A DNA stretch of 64,000 bases from Balanoglossus misakiensis (Eukaryota > Animalia > Hemichordata): assembly GCA_040954595.2 (NCBI GenBank), contig CM082597.2:8959778-9023777 (forward strand), read 5' to 3'. Below are positions 15,001-26,966 of the stretch, piece after piece; position 1 is the stretch's first letter; each line of letters starts with the position of its first letter. The position numbers and the translations under genes were made by a program. The notes beneath the pieces were generated by a model that had not been told where the DNA came from, made no database searches, and was given only the letters and a program-made list of their open reading frames with translations.

Positions 15001-18000
15001 TTTTGAGATTTTGCAAAGTCGAAAATTTGTTATGTTTTGATGATTTTCACCCATGTCTTTTTTTAAAAATCGACGAAATTTTGAGATTTTGCAAAGAGGA
15101 AAATTTGTCATTTTTTCATGATTTTCCCCCATGATTTTTTTCAAAACTCGACGAAATTTTGAGATTTTGCAAAAATGAAAATTTGTCATTTTTGATGATT
15201 TTTACCCATAATTTTGTTTCAGAAATGGACGAAATTTTGAGATTTTGCAAAGACGAATATTTGTCATTTTTTGATGATTTTCACCCATGATTTTTTTTCA
15301 AAAATCGACGAAATTTTGAGATTTTGCAAAGTCGAAAATGTGTCATTTTTTGATGATTTTCACCCGTTTTCTTTTCAAAATTTGTCATTTTTTGATGATT
15401 TTTACCCATGATTTTTTTTCAAAAATGGACGAAATTTTGAGATTTTGAAAAGTCTAAAATTTGTTATTTTTTGATGATTTTCACCCATGTCTTTTTTTAA
15501 AAATCGACGAAATTTTGAGATTTTGCAAAGAGGAAAATTTGTCATTTTTTCATGATTTTCCCCCATGATTTTTTTCAAAAATCGACGAAATTTTGAGATT
15601 TTGCAAAGTCGACGAAAATGTGTCATTTTTTGATGATTTTCACCCGTTTTTTTTCAAAAATCGACGAAATTTTGAGATTTTGCAAAATCGAAAATTTGTC
15701 ATTTTTTGATGATTTTCCCCCATGATTTTTTTTTAAAAATGGACGAAATTTTGAGATTTTGCAAAGACGAAAATTTGTCATTTTTGATGATTTTTACCCA
15801 TGATTTTTTTTTCAAAAATGGACGAAATTTTGAGATTTTGCAAAGACGAAAAAATTTTCATTTTTTGATGATTTTCACCCATGATTTTTTTTCAAAAATC
15901 GACGAAATTTTGAGATTTTGCAAAGTCGTAAATGTGTCATTTTTTGATGATTTTCACCCGTTTTTTTTCAAAATTTGTCATTTTTTGATGATTTTCACCC
16001 ATGATATTTTTCAAAAATCGAAAAAATTTTGAGATTTTGCAAAGACGAAAATTTGTCATTTTTTGATGATTTTCACCCATGATTTTTTTTCAAAAATCGA
16101 CGAAATTTTGAGATTTTGCAAAGAGGAAAATTTGTCATTTTTTCATGATTTTCCCCCATGATTTTTTTCAAAAATCGACGAAATTTTGAGATTTTGCAAA
16201 GTCGAAAATTTTGTCATTTTTTGATGATTTTCAACCATGATTTTTTTTCAAAAATCGACGAAATTTTGAGATTTTGCAAAGAGGAAAATTTGTCATTTTT
16301 TCATGATTTTCCCCCATGATTTTTTTCAACAATCGAAAAAATTTTGAGATTTTGCAAAGTCGAAAATGTGTCATTTTTTGATGATTTTCACCCGTTTTTT
16401 TTTCAAAATTTGTCATTTTTTGATGATTTTCACCAATGATATTTTTCAAAAATCGAAAAAATTTTGAGATTTTGCAAAGTCGAAAATTTGTCATTTTTTG
16501 ATGATTTTCACCCATGATTTTCTTCAAAAATCGACGAAATTTTGAGATTTTGCAAAGTCGAAAATTTGTCATTTTTTGATGATTTTCACCTATGATTTTT
16601 TTCAAAAATCAACAAAATTTTGAGATTTTGCAACGTCGAAAATTTGTCATTTTTTTGATGATTTTCACCCATGACTTTTTTCAAAAATCGACGAAATTTT
16701 GAGATTTTGCAAAGTCGAAAATTTGTCATTTTTTGATGATTTTCACCGATGAGTTTTTTCAACAATCGAAAAAATTTTGAGATTTTGCAAAGACGAAAAT
16801 TTGTCATTTTTTGATGATTTTCACCCATGATTTTCTTCAAAAATCGACGAAATTTTGAGATTTTGCAACGTCGAAAATTTGTCATTTTTTTGATGATTTT
16901 CACCCATGACTTTTTTCAAAAATCGACGAAATTTTGAGATTTTGCAAAGTCGAAAATTTGTCATTTTTTGATGATTTTCACCGATGATTTTTTTCAACAA
17001 TCGAAAAAATTTTGAGATTTTGCAAAGACGAAAATTTGTCATTTTTTGATGATTTTCACCCATGATTTTCTTCAAAAATCGACGAAATTTTGAGATTTTG
17101 CAAAGTCGAAAATTTGTCATTTTTTGATGATTTTCACCTATGATTTTTTTCAAAAATCAACAAAATTTTGAGATTTTGCAAAGTCGAAAATTTCTCATTT
17201 TTTTGATGATTTTTCACCCATGATTTTTTTTCAAAAATCGACGAAATTGTGAGATTTTGCAAAGTCGAAAATTTGTCATTTTTTGATGATTTTCACCCAT
17301 GATTTTTATTCAAAATTGACGAAATTTTGAGATTTTGCAAAGTCGAAAATTTGTCATTTTTTGATGATTTTCCCCCATGTTTTTTTTTTTAAAATGGACG
17401 AAATTTTGAGATTTTGCAAAGTCGAAAATTTGTCATTTTTTGATGATTTTTACCCATGTTTTTTTTCAAAAATCTACGAAATTTTGAGATTTTGCAAAGT
17501 CGAAAATTTGTCATTTTTTGATGATTTTCACCCATGATTTTTTTTCAAAAATCGACGAAATTTTGAGATTTTGCAAAGTCGAAAATTTGTCATTTTTTGA
17601 TGATTTTCACCCATGATTTTTATTCAAAATTGACGAAATTTTGAGATTTTGCAAAGTCGAAAATTTGTCATTTTTTGATGATTTTCACCCATGATTTTTT
17701 TCAAAAATCAACAAAATTTTGAGATTTTGCAAAGTCGAAAATTTGTCATTTTTTTGATGATTTTCACCCATGATTTTTTTCAAAAATCAACAAAATTTTG
17801 AGATTTTGCAACGTCGAAAATTTGTCATTTTTTTGATGATTTTCACCCATGACTTTTTTCAAAAATCGACGAAATTTTGAGATTTTGCAAAGTCGAAAAT
17901 TTGTCATTTTTTGATGATTTTCACCGATGATTTTTTTCAACAATCGAAAAAATTTTGAGATTTTGCAAAGACGAAAATTTGTCATTTTTTGATGATTTTC

Positions 18001-18816
18001 ACCCATGATTTTCTTCAAAAATCGACGAAATTTTGAGATTTTGCAAAGTCGAAAATTTGTCATTTTTTGATGATTTTCACCTATGATTTTTTTCAAAAAT
18101 CAACAAAATTTTGAGATTTTGCAAAGTCGAAAATTTGTCATTTTTTTGATGATTTTTCACCCATGATTTTTTTCAAAAATCGACGAAATTTTGAGCTTTT
18201 GCAAAGTCGAAAATTTGTCATTTTTTGATGATTTTCACCCATGATTTTTTTCAAAATTGACGAAATTTTGAGATTTTGCAAAGTCGAAAATTTCTCATTT
18301 TTTGATGCATTTTCACCCATGATTTTTTTTCAAAAATCGACGAAATTGTGAGATTTTGCAAAGTCGAAAATTTGTCATTTTTTGATGATTTTCACCCATG
18401 ATTTTTATTCAAAATTGACGAAATTTTGAGATTTTGCAAAGTCGAAAATTTGTCATTTTTTGATGATTTTCACCCATGTCTTTTTTCAAAAATCGAAAAA
18501 ATTTTGAGATTTTGCAAAGTCGAAAATTTGTCATTTTTTGATGATTTTCACCCATGATTTTCTTCAAAAATCGACGAAATTTTGAGATTTTGCAAAGTCG
18601 AAAATTTGTCATTTTTTGATGATTTTCACCTATGATTTTTTTCAAAAATCAACAAAATTTTGAGATTTTGCAAAGTCGAAAATTTGTCATTTTTTTGATG
18701 ATTTTCACCCATGATTTTTTTCAAAAATCGACGAAATTTTGAGATTTTGCAAAGTCGAAAATTTCTCATTTTTTGATGCATTTTCACCCATGATTTTTTT
18801 TCAAAAATCGACGAAA
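1..18816. repeat. Satellite DNA array, ~78-79 bp monomer, with higher-order duplications; continues off the left edge
   Basis: Continuous tandem copies of AAAATCGACGAAATTTTGAGATTTTGCAAAGTCGAAAATTTGTCATTTTTTGATGATTTTCACCCATGATTTTTTTCA, plus ~41 bp truncated monomers. Identical spurious ORFs recur at offsets 472, 943, 948, 1845 and 1888. The array ends abruptly at ...ACGAAA (18816). Confidence 0.98.
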
Positions 18817-20259
18817 GGATGACTGTTACCAGGACTACCTTAAACCAATCTTTTCGAACCGGACGGTACACACGTCATGTCTTTGTTAATTGTCCAGGTA
18901 CCAGAGTGTACGTGTGGGCTCCCTAAACCACTCATTGGCGGCCGGTCCCTGTCCGAATAAACACGTTTGACAGACAAAAAATGATGAACAAGTGGCTTAT
19001 TTCAATACTTCGTTAACTAGACGGCTGAACTCTGAATGTTGATTCAGCAAAAAAAATGTGTTTACGGCAAGGTTTCGATCAATACGACACATTTACCATT
19101 GAAAACGCCCAAAGTAAGTGGGGGCGTTTGACCATCAATCAAAACCACGCCCAGGTGCATGTGAACGGCCGAAGCAGTGTAACGTTTCACATTCCGTGCA
19201 ACGTCCGACACTGTGTGAAAGCGGTTGCTGTCGGGTGGCTTGACCTAATTTTCGTACATTGATATGCATTTGACACCTCACTACCTGTTTTCTCAATATT
19301 GCTAAAACTTTGCGTTGAAATATCACTGAAATGTTGATGATCCACGCACAAGTCGTCTACCCCGGCATGAAAAGCGTCTTATACAAGAAAACTAATTGCA
19401 CATGACCACCAAGGTCATACCGCAAGGTGTGTCTAAATGTCAAGGAAGGACACTTGGGTCAAGAACGACCATGACGGAGGAAAAACCGACAAGTCATTGT
19501 GTAACCTGTTTACTTGCCAATAGTCAAACGTCAAAATTTACTCTCAACTTGGTTGCAGATCGAGTCTCCCGAATTTCCAACTTTTATGATTGGGTAAATA
19601 CCGATATGCGACTGGTATGCGACGCGTTGACGACGCGAAGATTTTGTTGAAATCAAATGGTTTGTCAAATGTCATCTCACACTGGAGATACCGTGGTCAT
19701 CTGACATGAAAGGGTTCGATTGGGTCTGACCGCCGTCGTTCATCCATGCTTAGAAAGCGGCGATCATGGTACAAAGTAAAACCAAGGTCAAACCTCACTG
19801 AACACATGTATTGCATGGGGAAACTTTTCTCCCTGTCTGTGTACTGAACACGTACCGTGATTGCCATAGTTACAAACGTTACCACGTGAGAGAGATTGCA
19901 TTTTACATCTGTCTTTTCAATTTTGTTGCTTTCTTACTATTCGGAATGATGGAGTCGAAACGAAAACTTTTTGCTTCAGGTGGACCTAGGGGAAATACCT
20001 TATTTGTGACTTTTTTCATGACCCTAAAAAGACGTCGGAATTAATGTGGCTGAGGTCACTCAGGACGACGGAATGGTTGAGCGATTTTATTTTATGAGCT
20101 CCCTCTAGTATTTGTTTTATTGTTTCGGCAGTGTGCCGCGTTATTCGAGCAATCTGCAGTCTGAAAACGAACGGTTTTCAAAGTTTATAACAGAAGAACA
20201 GGGGTTTAAGCATGAAAGGTCCTTTTGTCTCCCTCGCTGTGTTTGTGTCACTGTGTCTT

Positions 20260-20460
20260 TGACGTCTGACTGACTGATTAACTGGCTGACTGACTTACTG
20301 ACTGTCTGTCAACGTCTGTCTGTCTGACTGTCTGCCCCCTCTCTCTGAGAGAGAGAGTGAGCGAGCGAGCGAGCGACCGGTGAGTGTCTCTACTGATGAA
20401 TGTTGCTCTGTCTGTCTGCTTGTGTCTGTCTGCCACTCTGCCTGTTTCACTCTGTCTCTC
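20260..20460. repeat. Compound microsatellite (GACT/CTGT/GA/GAGC)
   Basis: Runs of ctgactgactga, ctgtctgtctg, gagagagag and gagcgagcgagcg. Confidence 0.85.
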
Positions 20461-21242
20461 CTAATTTCTTTAAAATTAGGGATATGCTATTAATGCGATA
20501 TGAAAGTCAGACACGACGGAAACCTTTTATTCTCAAAACTGTCTGTTGTTTGCTGTTAAATATTGCAAAAGGTTAAGGGCCCTTTTCGCACGAGACACAT
20601 GGCTTTGCAGCCGTAGCTCCCAATGTCATAACGATTACCCGAACTACCCTAATTTTAGCCCGCCGACCCAAAACAGTTTAGATCTTCGCAAACCGGAAGT
20701 AAAAATAACGATGTCAAATATAAAACAATTCATGAAAATTGCGAGAATCACGCAAGAACTATGATGTCATTCTTCTACACTACGACGGCCAAAGATATAA
20801 AAAAAATTGAAAAATAAAAAAAATGTCCCTTTCTACCTACAATATTTTTGAAAACCATGTAATCGGAATAGCACATATTAGTTTTTTTGGCCTGAGACAT
20901 ATCCAATTTCCCAACTGAACATGACACGTGATCAAGCATTTTCGACTTATCAGATGCAATCGCTGAACACCTCACACTGAGCGAGGTTTTGTCTGTCTTT
21001 ATACGCGCCCTTTGTATTTGTGCGTGACATGTCCAAGCCTTGTTAGGAACTCCCGTAAAATTCTACTCAAATGATGTATACTTTCATACTTACGACTGAC
21101 AGGTATTTTCAGCGTTGCCAGCTGATTGTTTGTCAGGTACCGCTTTATAACAAGACGCCCCTCTGAGTTGATAACCTGCAATGTAACATCATTCAATTGG
21201 TCTAGTCATGTTAGCATTAGTAAAATGCTTCAAAAGTGTTAA

Positions 21243-21533
21243 AGGGACATGATACAAGACACCGTCTATGTTAGTGAATGAACGTTCAACCACACACAAC
21301 TTCCATCCGGCTTGTATGATACGAGAGTAAAAACTCGCCCGAAATGAATAAACGGTAGAGACCGTTTATTCATTTTGGCTACTTTTTAAAACTCTCGTGT
21401 CTATACAAGCGGGGTGGAAGGTGTGTATGGTTGAACGTTGATTCACTATATCCACATGTAGAATAATATAAACGCAGTCTTGTATCAAACATAATTAATG
21501 GAAAAAGGGCAGCGAGAGAGAGACTTTGTCCCT
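21243..21533. mobile_element. Palindromic TTAA MITE (Kolobok/T2-like), family A copy 1, left arm partly deleted
   Basis: TTAA|AGGGAC ... GTCCCT|TTAA with a self-complementary body; homologous to 43131-43477. Confidence 0.85.
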
Positions 21534-21829
21534 TTAATGAATACAGCCACAATGTTCTGTTTATATCTACTGACGGACCAGGCATGGATTGTCACGTATA
21601 ATTCTTTGAAACGTTTGGTCCTCTGAAGAAATCTGAGCACTCATCTACTCAGTTTGCTTATTTTGTCTTCCTCCACCAGTCAGTGGTATCGTCCGATTTG
21701 ATACTCCACTCTAAGCCTCTTTCTGAATGGCTCTTTAAGTTGTGATCTGTAAGTCTTAAACCTTTCATCATCCCCCCCCCCCCGTTTCCTCTTTAGAGGT
21801 CGTCAACTGGTAAACTGTGCGCCTGTGTC

Positions 21830-22010
21830 TCTTCCCATAGGAGTACATGGAGAATAGTTAGAAAACTCACTTCTACTATTGTCATTTTCATGAAATTTTA
21901 CACATAGCTCCGACAAATCAAAATAAATTCATCACGCTCTATTTTGAGATAAACTTTGTTCAATATTGTATCCATAGACAAACCATTGGTAGAAAATGCT
22001 GACCGTTAGC
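21830..22010 (+). repeat. Interspersed repeat; further copies at ~30850-31070 (+) and ~31510-31700 (-)
   Basis: Shared TTCCCATAGGA...TTCTACTATTGT(C/A)ATTTT...TTTTGAGATAAACTT...GAAAA(A)TG(C/T)TGAC; the reverse complement lies at 31510-31700. Confidence 0.65.
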
Positions 22011-22170
22011 AGTTTTCTTCAATTGTCGACTAAATTCACGGCCTTGTTTAAAGTCGAAAACAAGTGCAGTGACCCAAAATGGATTTTCATTATACATACA
22101 AATCAGAAACGAAAATTCACGATTAAAAGAAATGACAATGCTTTCAATTTTACTGATCGTACATCCTTAA

Positions 22171-22490
22171 CTCGCTGCCCTTTTCCATGTTTGATACAAA
22201 ACACCGTTTATATTAATGTAAATGTGGATATATAGTGATGCAACGTTCAACCGCACACACCTTCTATCCCGCATGTAGACACGAGAGCGAAAACTCGCAA
22301 AACTGAAAAATCGGTCTCTACCATTAATTCATTTTGGGCGAGTTTTTACTCTCATATCATACAAGCAGGATGGAAGTTGTGTGTGGTTGAACGTTCATTC
22401 ACTACATATACACATGCCCATTAATATAAACGGTGTCTTGTATCAAACATAATTAATAGAAAAGGGCGACGAGAGAGAGAGTTTGTCCCT
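22171..22490. mobile_element. Palindromic TTAA MITE, family A copy 2, left terminus lost
   Basis: Ends GTTTGTCCCT|TTAA; body homologous to 43131-43477; TTAA at 22167-22170. Confidence 0.8.
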
Positions 22491-22699
22491 TTAAGGCGAC
22501 ATGATGCATGAAGTGGCGAGAGATAAACGCGGCTGACCACCGCATTAAACACTGTCAAGCAAGGCACTTCAAATGCCAATTGTTTAAGTGTGTACTAAGT
22601 AATAGGTTCATGTACCATGGGGGGGGGGGGGGGGTCAAATCACAACAGTTGGACATGTACGAATATGAAGAGACGATATCAGTTTGTTCATGTCTTCCT

Positions 22700-22860
22700 T
22701 TAGTAAAAAATCTTTTTTGAACTTTGTATAGAATTCATTGAACTTTACTTTAGCTTATGAACTCTCATTTGCACATCGTCATCTTGAAATTGTGTCGACT
22801 TTATCATAAGGTTTTTATCACTCAACTAGGTCGCAAAACCTATTTAAGTTAGTGAGAATA
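22700..22860 (+). repeat. Interspersed repeat shared with ~44480-44660 and ~51000-51940
   Basis: TTTAGCTTATGAACTC..ATTT...CATCTTGAAATT..TCGAC...ATCACTCA..TAGG motif chain recurs at these places. Confidence 0.6.
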
Positions 22861-23726
22861 GGACGTTCACCTTTTGGGTTGATGGCTACAGTTTATTGAC
22901 CCATGACGTTCATATAGATTTTATGACACGACTGACGCTATAATCGGTCCTTACCTTCGGCGAGCCAAGTGTTTTATAACATCATAAGATATTAATACCT
23001 ATCACCCAGTCAAACGATTTCAAGTTATAAAATTTCCACGCCAATAGGACGCCTTTAGGTGGAAATGCAACCAGGTATCCTAAATAGGAAAATATTCCGG
23101 GTATCTGTCAAGTTTAGTCCCATATTTAGGGGACCAAGAGCCCTCAGGCTCTTGGTCCCCTTCTGTTATTGCTGGAGTTTGTCTTCTTTCTTCTTGAGTC
23201 GTTTTTTTGCGCCCGTTTTTCTCTGAAATTCCGGCAGGTGCGCCTCCAAATTTGGCACGGTGGTTGGGGCCCATGAGTACTGGTGCACCTGCCCTTTGAA
23301 TTTGTAATTAGTCACGTGACTTTGTGGCTATAATCGAGCGAAATTTTCAAATTGACCTAATTTGCACGTTAATGGGGGCATGTACATTCTTTTCGCGATT
23401 TTTGTAGACCATGTGGCCAAAATCCCCTGTGCCAAATTTCAAGGTCCTAGGCCACGTCGATTTTGAGAAGAAGATTTTTGTAATATTTTTTCGCATTTTT
23501 TGGTGGGCTGAGGACGGACACTGGGGCATCGGACTTTGACCGTCATTACGTAATGTTGTGGAGATCTCATTAGCAGGCTACTCACTTCTGGCGGGTTGCA
23601 GTAGTCCTTGGAAAATCGGCTGAAATACGTAAACAGACCAGTGATTATTTTCCACGGAATGAATTTTGGGACAACACATTATCGGAGTTCAGGCTGTGTT
23701 AGGGCGTTTTATTGAATTACGCTGAG

Positions 23727-26265
23727 TTTGGATTGACCACTGTGTTACCACTAAAAAATTTTATAGCAATGTTCTTTCAATTTCGAGTCTTTGCAATGTT
23801 GTTGACTCCGACCATATTCCTGTTTCAATAGAGGTTCATTTCAACACTTCTGCTGATGAATGCTTCAGCAGTAGTTCCTTCAAGCAATGTAATTTTCGAG
23901 TTGATTGGAAAAAATTGTCACAGCAGAATATATCCGCCTACACCCGTTGTACCAAAGCCAAGGTTGATAAGATTAATTTATCCGAAGAGTTATTCTGCAC
24001 TAATGTGAACTGTACATACCCTTCGCATTTACAGGCAATTGATACTTGTTATAGTAGTGTTGTGGACGCATTGAATTGTGCTGCAAAAGATACCATTAGG
24101 CGTAAGTTTCACCAGAAAGTTCATGTTGTGCCTGGCTGGAACGATTTTGTAAAAGAAAGTCACGACTATGCCCGTTCCATGTTTTTATTATGGGTTAATG
24201 GGGGTAAACCTTAACAAGGCCCGCTTTTTGAAACCATGAAATCTTCCAGAGCTCGTTTTAAGTATGCTTTACGTGCTTGTAAAAAGATTGAGAATCAAAA
24301 TAGGGCTGACAAGATGGCTGACAATTTACGCTGCCACAAACAGAACGACTTCTGGAAGGAAGTCAGAAAGCAAACTAGCAGAAAAATGCCGCTTTCTGAC
24401 ACTGTAGGTGGAGCGACTGGTGAGAGTGAAATTGCAATTATGTGGCACAAGCATTTCAGTGATATTTTGAATTCTGTCCAGGCTCAGACTGGTAAAAATG
24501 ACATCGAGGAGAAAATGAAGTATGTTAAATTTTCTTCTGATATGTATGTTTCTGAAGAAGAAGTAATTTCTGCTATACATAAGTTACCTGACGATAAGAC
24601 AGCTGGCATTGACAATATTTCAGCTGAGCACCTCAAATTCTCAGACTCCTCTATTTTACCCATTTTGACTTGATTGTTCATGGTTACCTGCAAACTGAGG
24701 CTATCAAAGTTATTTTAGTTCCAATTAAGGATAAAACTAAGCTTTGTAGTGATGCCAGTAACTACCGGCCGATAGCACTAGCAACTGTTTTCTCTAAAGT
24801 TTTTGAGCCTATTTTACTTTCTCGTTGTGAGGAGTTTCTTACCTCTCATTATTTACAATTTGGTTTCAAGCGAGAACATTCAACTGACCTGTGTTTATTT
24901 GCATTTAAAGAAATCATTAGCTACTACACCAGCAATGGAAGACCAGTGTTTACTTGTTTTCTGGATGCTTCAAAAGCTTTTGACAGAGTTAATCACTTTA
25001 AACTGGTTAACAAGCTCATCGACAGGAATGTTCCCTTGTATGCTGTACGAATTTTATATTAAAGGTCCCATGCCATGCCCTATACAACCACGCGTAAAAT
25101 CACTATTTGGGTCTTGAAGTTAACGTATGTTACTATCTTGCAATGCGTTTTGCCCCTTGTGCTTAGATAACAAGCAAGTAAAAGTGGCGGGTGGGCGTGT
25201 ACCCCTAACCCAACTCAGTCGATTTTTTTTGGCTTTTCGAAGTTAAGCCGAAGACTTATCTTGATGTGGACAAATAGTCTTTCACACCTTTGTAAATCCT
25301 CTGCCTGCAATGTGAGGCAAGGGCTTCCTTTGCTTTGAACACTGTTTATATAGCTTATCTTTGTCTGTGGACTTAATTACTCATGGACCGATAATTACAC
25401 TTTACTGTAAACAGAATGGTACACTACGACATAGTGTACTTGTTTGTCCATATGCAAATACCTTCGCCTGGCTCGAGTGCGAAGTGGCTCCCCGATCACA
25501 GGCATGAAAAAAGGTGGCAAATTCCGGCATTCGTGCACATTTTTCGGAACCGACACAATAGGCAATGCATAGACAGGTACCCTAGGTGAGCTTTTGACGT
25601 GGAAAAATGAAAACTTTCCAAAGCATGACATGTGACCTTTAATGGTACAGAAATCAATTGTTTACTGTGTTGTGGGGTAATGAAACCTCAGAGTTGTTTT
25701 CTGTTTCTAACGGTGTAAGACAAGGGGGAGTACTCTCTCCCTATCTTTTTAATGTCTACATTGATGATCTTATCAATGCACTCTGTAAAGCCAAAGTTGG
25801 CTGTACCATGTGTGGTGTCAGCGCTAACACTTTAGGTTACGCTGACGACATGACTCTACTCAGTCCAAGTATTAAGGGTCTACACCGTCTTCTTAGAATT
25901 TGTGAAATTTATGGCAAGGATTATGATATAATTTATAATTCTAGTAAAACTGTGTGCATGCTTTTTAATGGGAAGAATATGAGCGTTCAAAGAATTCCTT
26001 CGGTTAAACTTAATGACATCACTTTAAAGTTTGTACCTGTACACACCTATCTGGGCCATGTTATATCTTGTGAGGGTTGTGATAATGAAGATATTGAACG
26101 ACAGAGAAGAGCATTTTGTGTTAGAGCAAACATGCTATTGAGACATTTTCAACATTTTAGTCAAGATGTGAAGAAAGTTTTATTTTTGGCATATTGTAGT
26201 AATATTTACTGTTGCAATTTGTGGGCATCCTTTAAAGTAAAACCGATGAAAAAATTTAAAACAGT
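23727..26265 (+). pseudogene. Non-LTR retrotransposon ORF2 fragment (APE endonuclease end + reverse transcriptase), probably RTE-X-like, disrupted
   Basis: WIDHC...DSDHIP (end of APE domain), VPGWN, NYRPIAL, QFGFK, FLDASKAFDRV, GVRQGGVLSP, YADD, YLG. In-frame stops at 24212 and 25060, frameshift near 24670. Both ends truncated, no tail. Confidence 0.93.
25063..25638. mobile_element. Non-autonomous Kolobok-like DNA transposon inserted in the RT domain
   Basis: TTAA|AGGTCCCATGCCATGC ... GCATGACATGTGACCT|TTAA (14/16 TIR match). Excision restores the RT frame (ILY*WYRNQLFTV). Confidence 0.9.
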
Positions 26266-26966
26266 GGACTTTGACCCTAAGTCGCTAATGTTGTGGGAGG
26301 TTTCATTAGCATTGTAGTCACATGTAGTGGATAGTAGTTTGGGAAATTGGCTGAAATACGTCAGCAGACCAGTGATTTTCTTGCACGACAGGAGTATGGT
26401 ACCAGCAATAATCAGAGATCAGGCTTCGTTGCCGTTCAAAAGTTCCTACTTCAGTCGTGATGTTGCAACTGGACGTTCAGTATGGGGGTCGGCCCGCAGG
26501 TGGCCGTGTGGGTTATCAGGTCGCCCGTAACGGCACGCAGCTACATGCAGCTGTATGGGACTAAAATAATACACCCGATTCGGGTGTCACCTGTGACACC
26601 TGCATAACTCAATAATTATGTGCATGCGTAATTGTGGGGTCAATGAAAGGGGTGGTAGCGTGCTATTTGTTGCACATGGATCAATATGAAGTCCGATTTT
26701 CCCGTCAAGTTGTGGGCGACCTTATGTGACCTTTCACCTACTTATGCTTAGTGAGCATCCACAGCAGATGCATGCAGCTTTGGCTTGGGAGGGGGGGGGG
26801 GGCATATACGGATGGGACCATAATGATATACCAAAGGCGGGGTCGTCTGTTGCACCTGCCTAAGTCATTGATTTTGTACATTTAATTAGACACTAACCAA
26901 CAGGGCGATAGGTGTGGTTTTTGTTCCACAGGGACGAATGTAAGTGTCAGTTGGTTTTTGCCCAAA

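Noticed and set aside
488-18871. About 50 F/K/I-rich ORFs in the ORF track
   Set aside because: They are translations of the satellite on both strands, broken by homopolymer indels; not genes.
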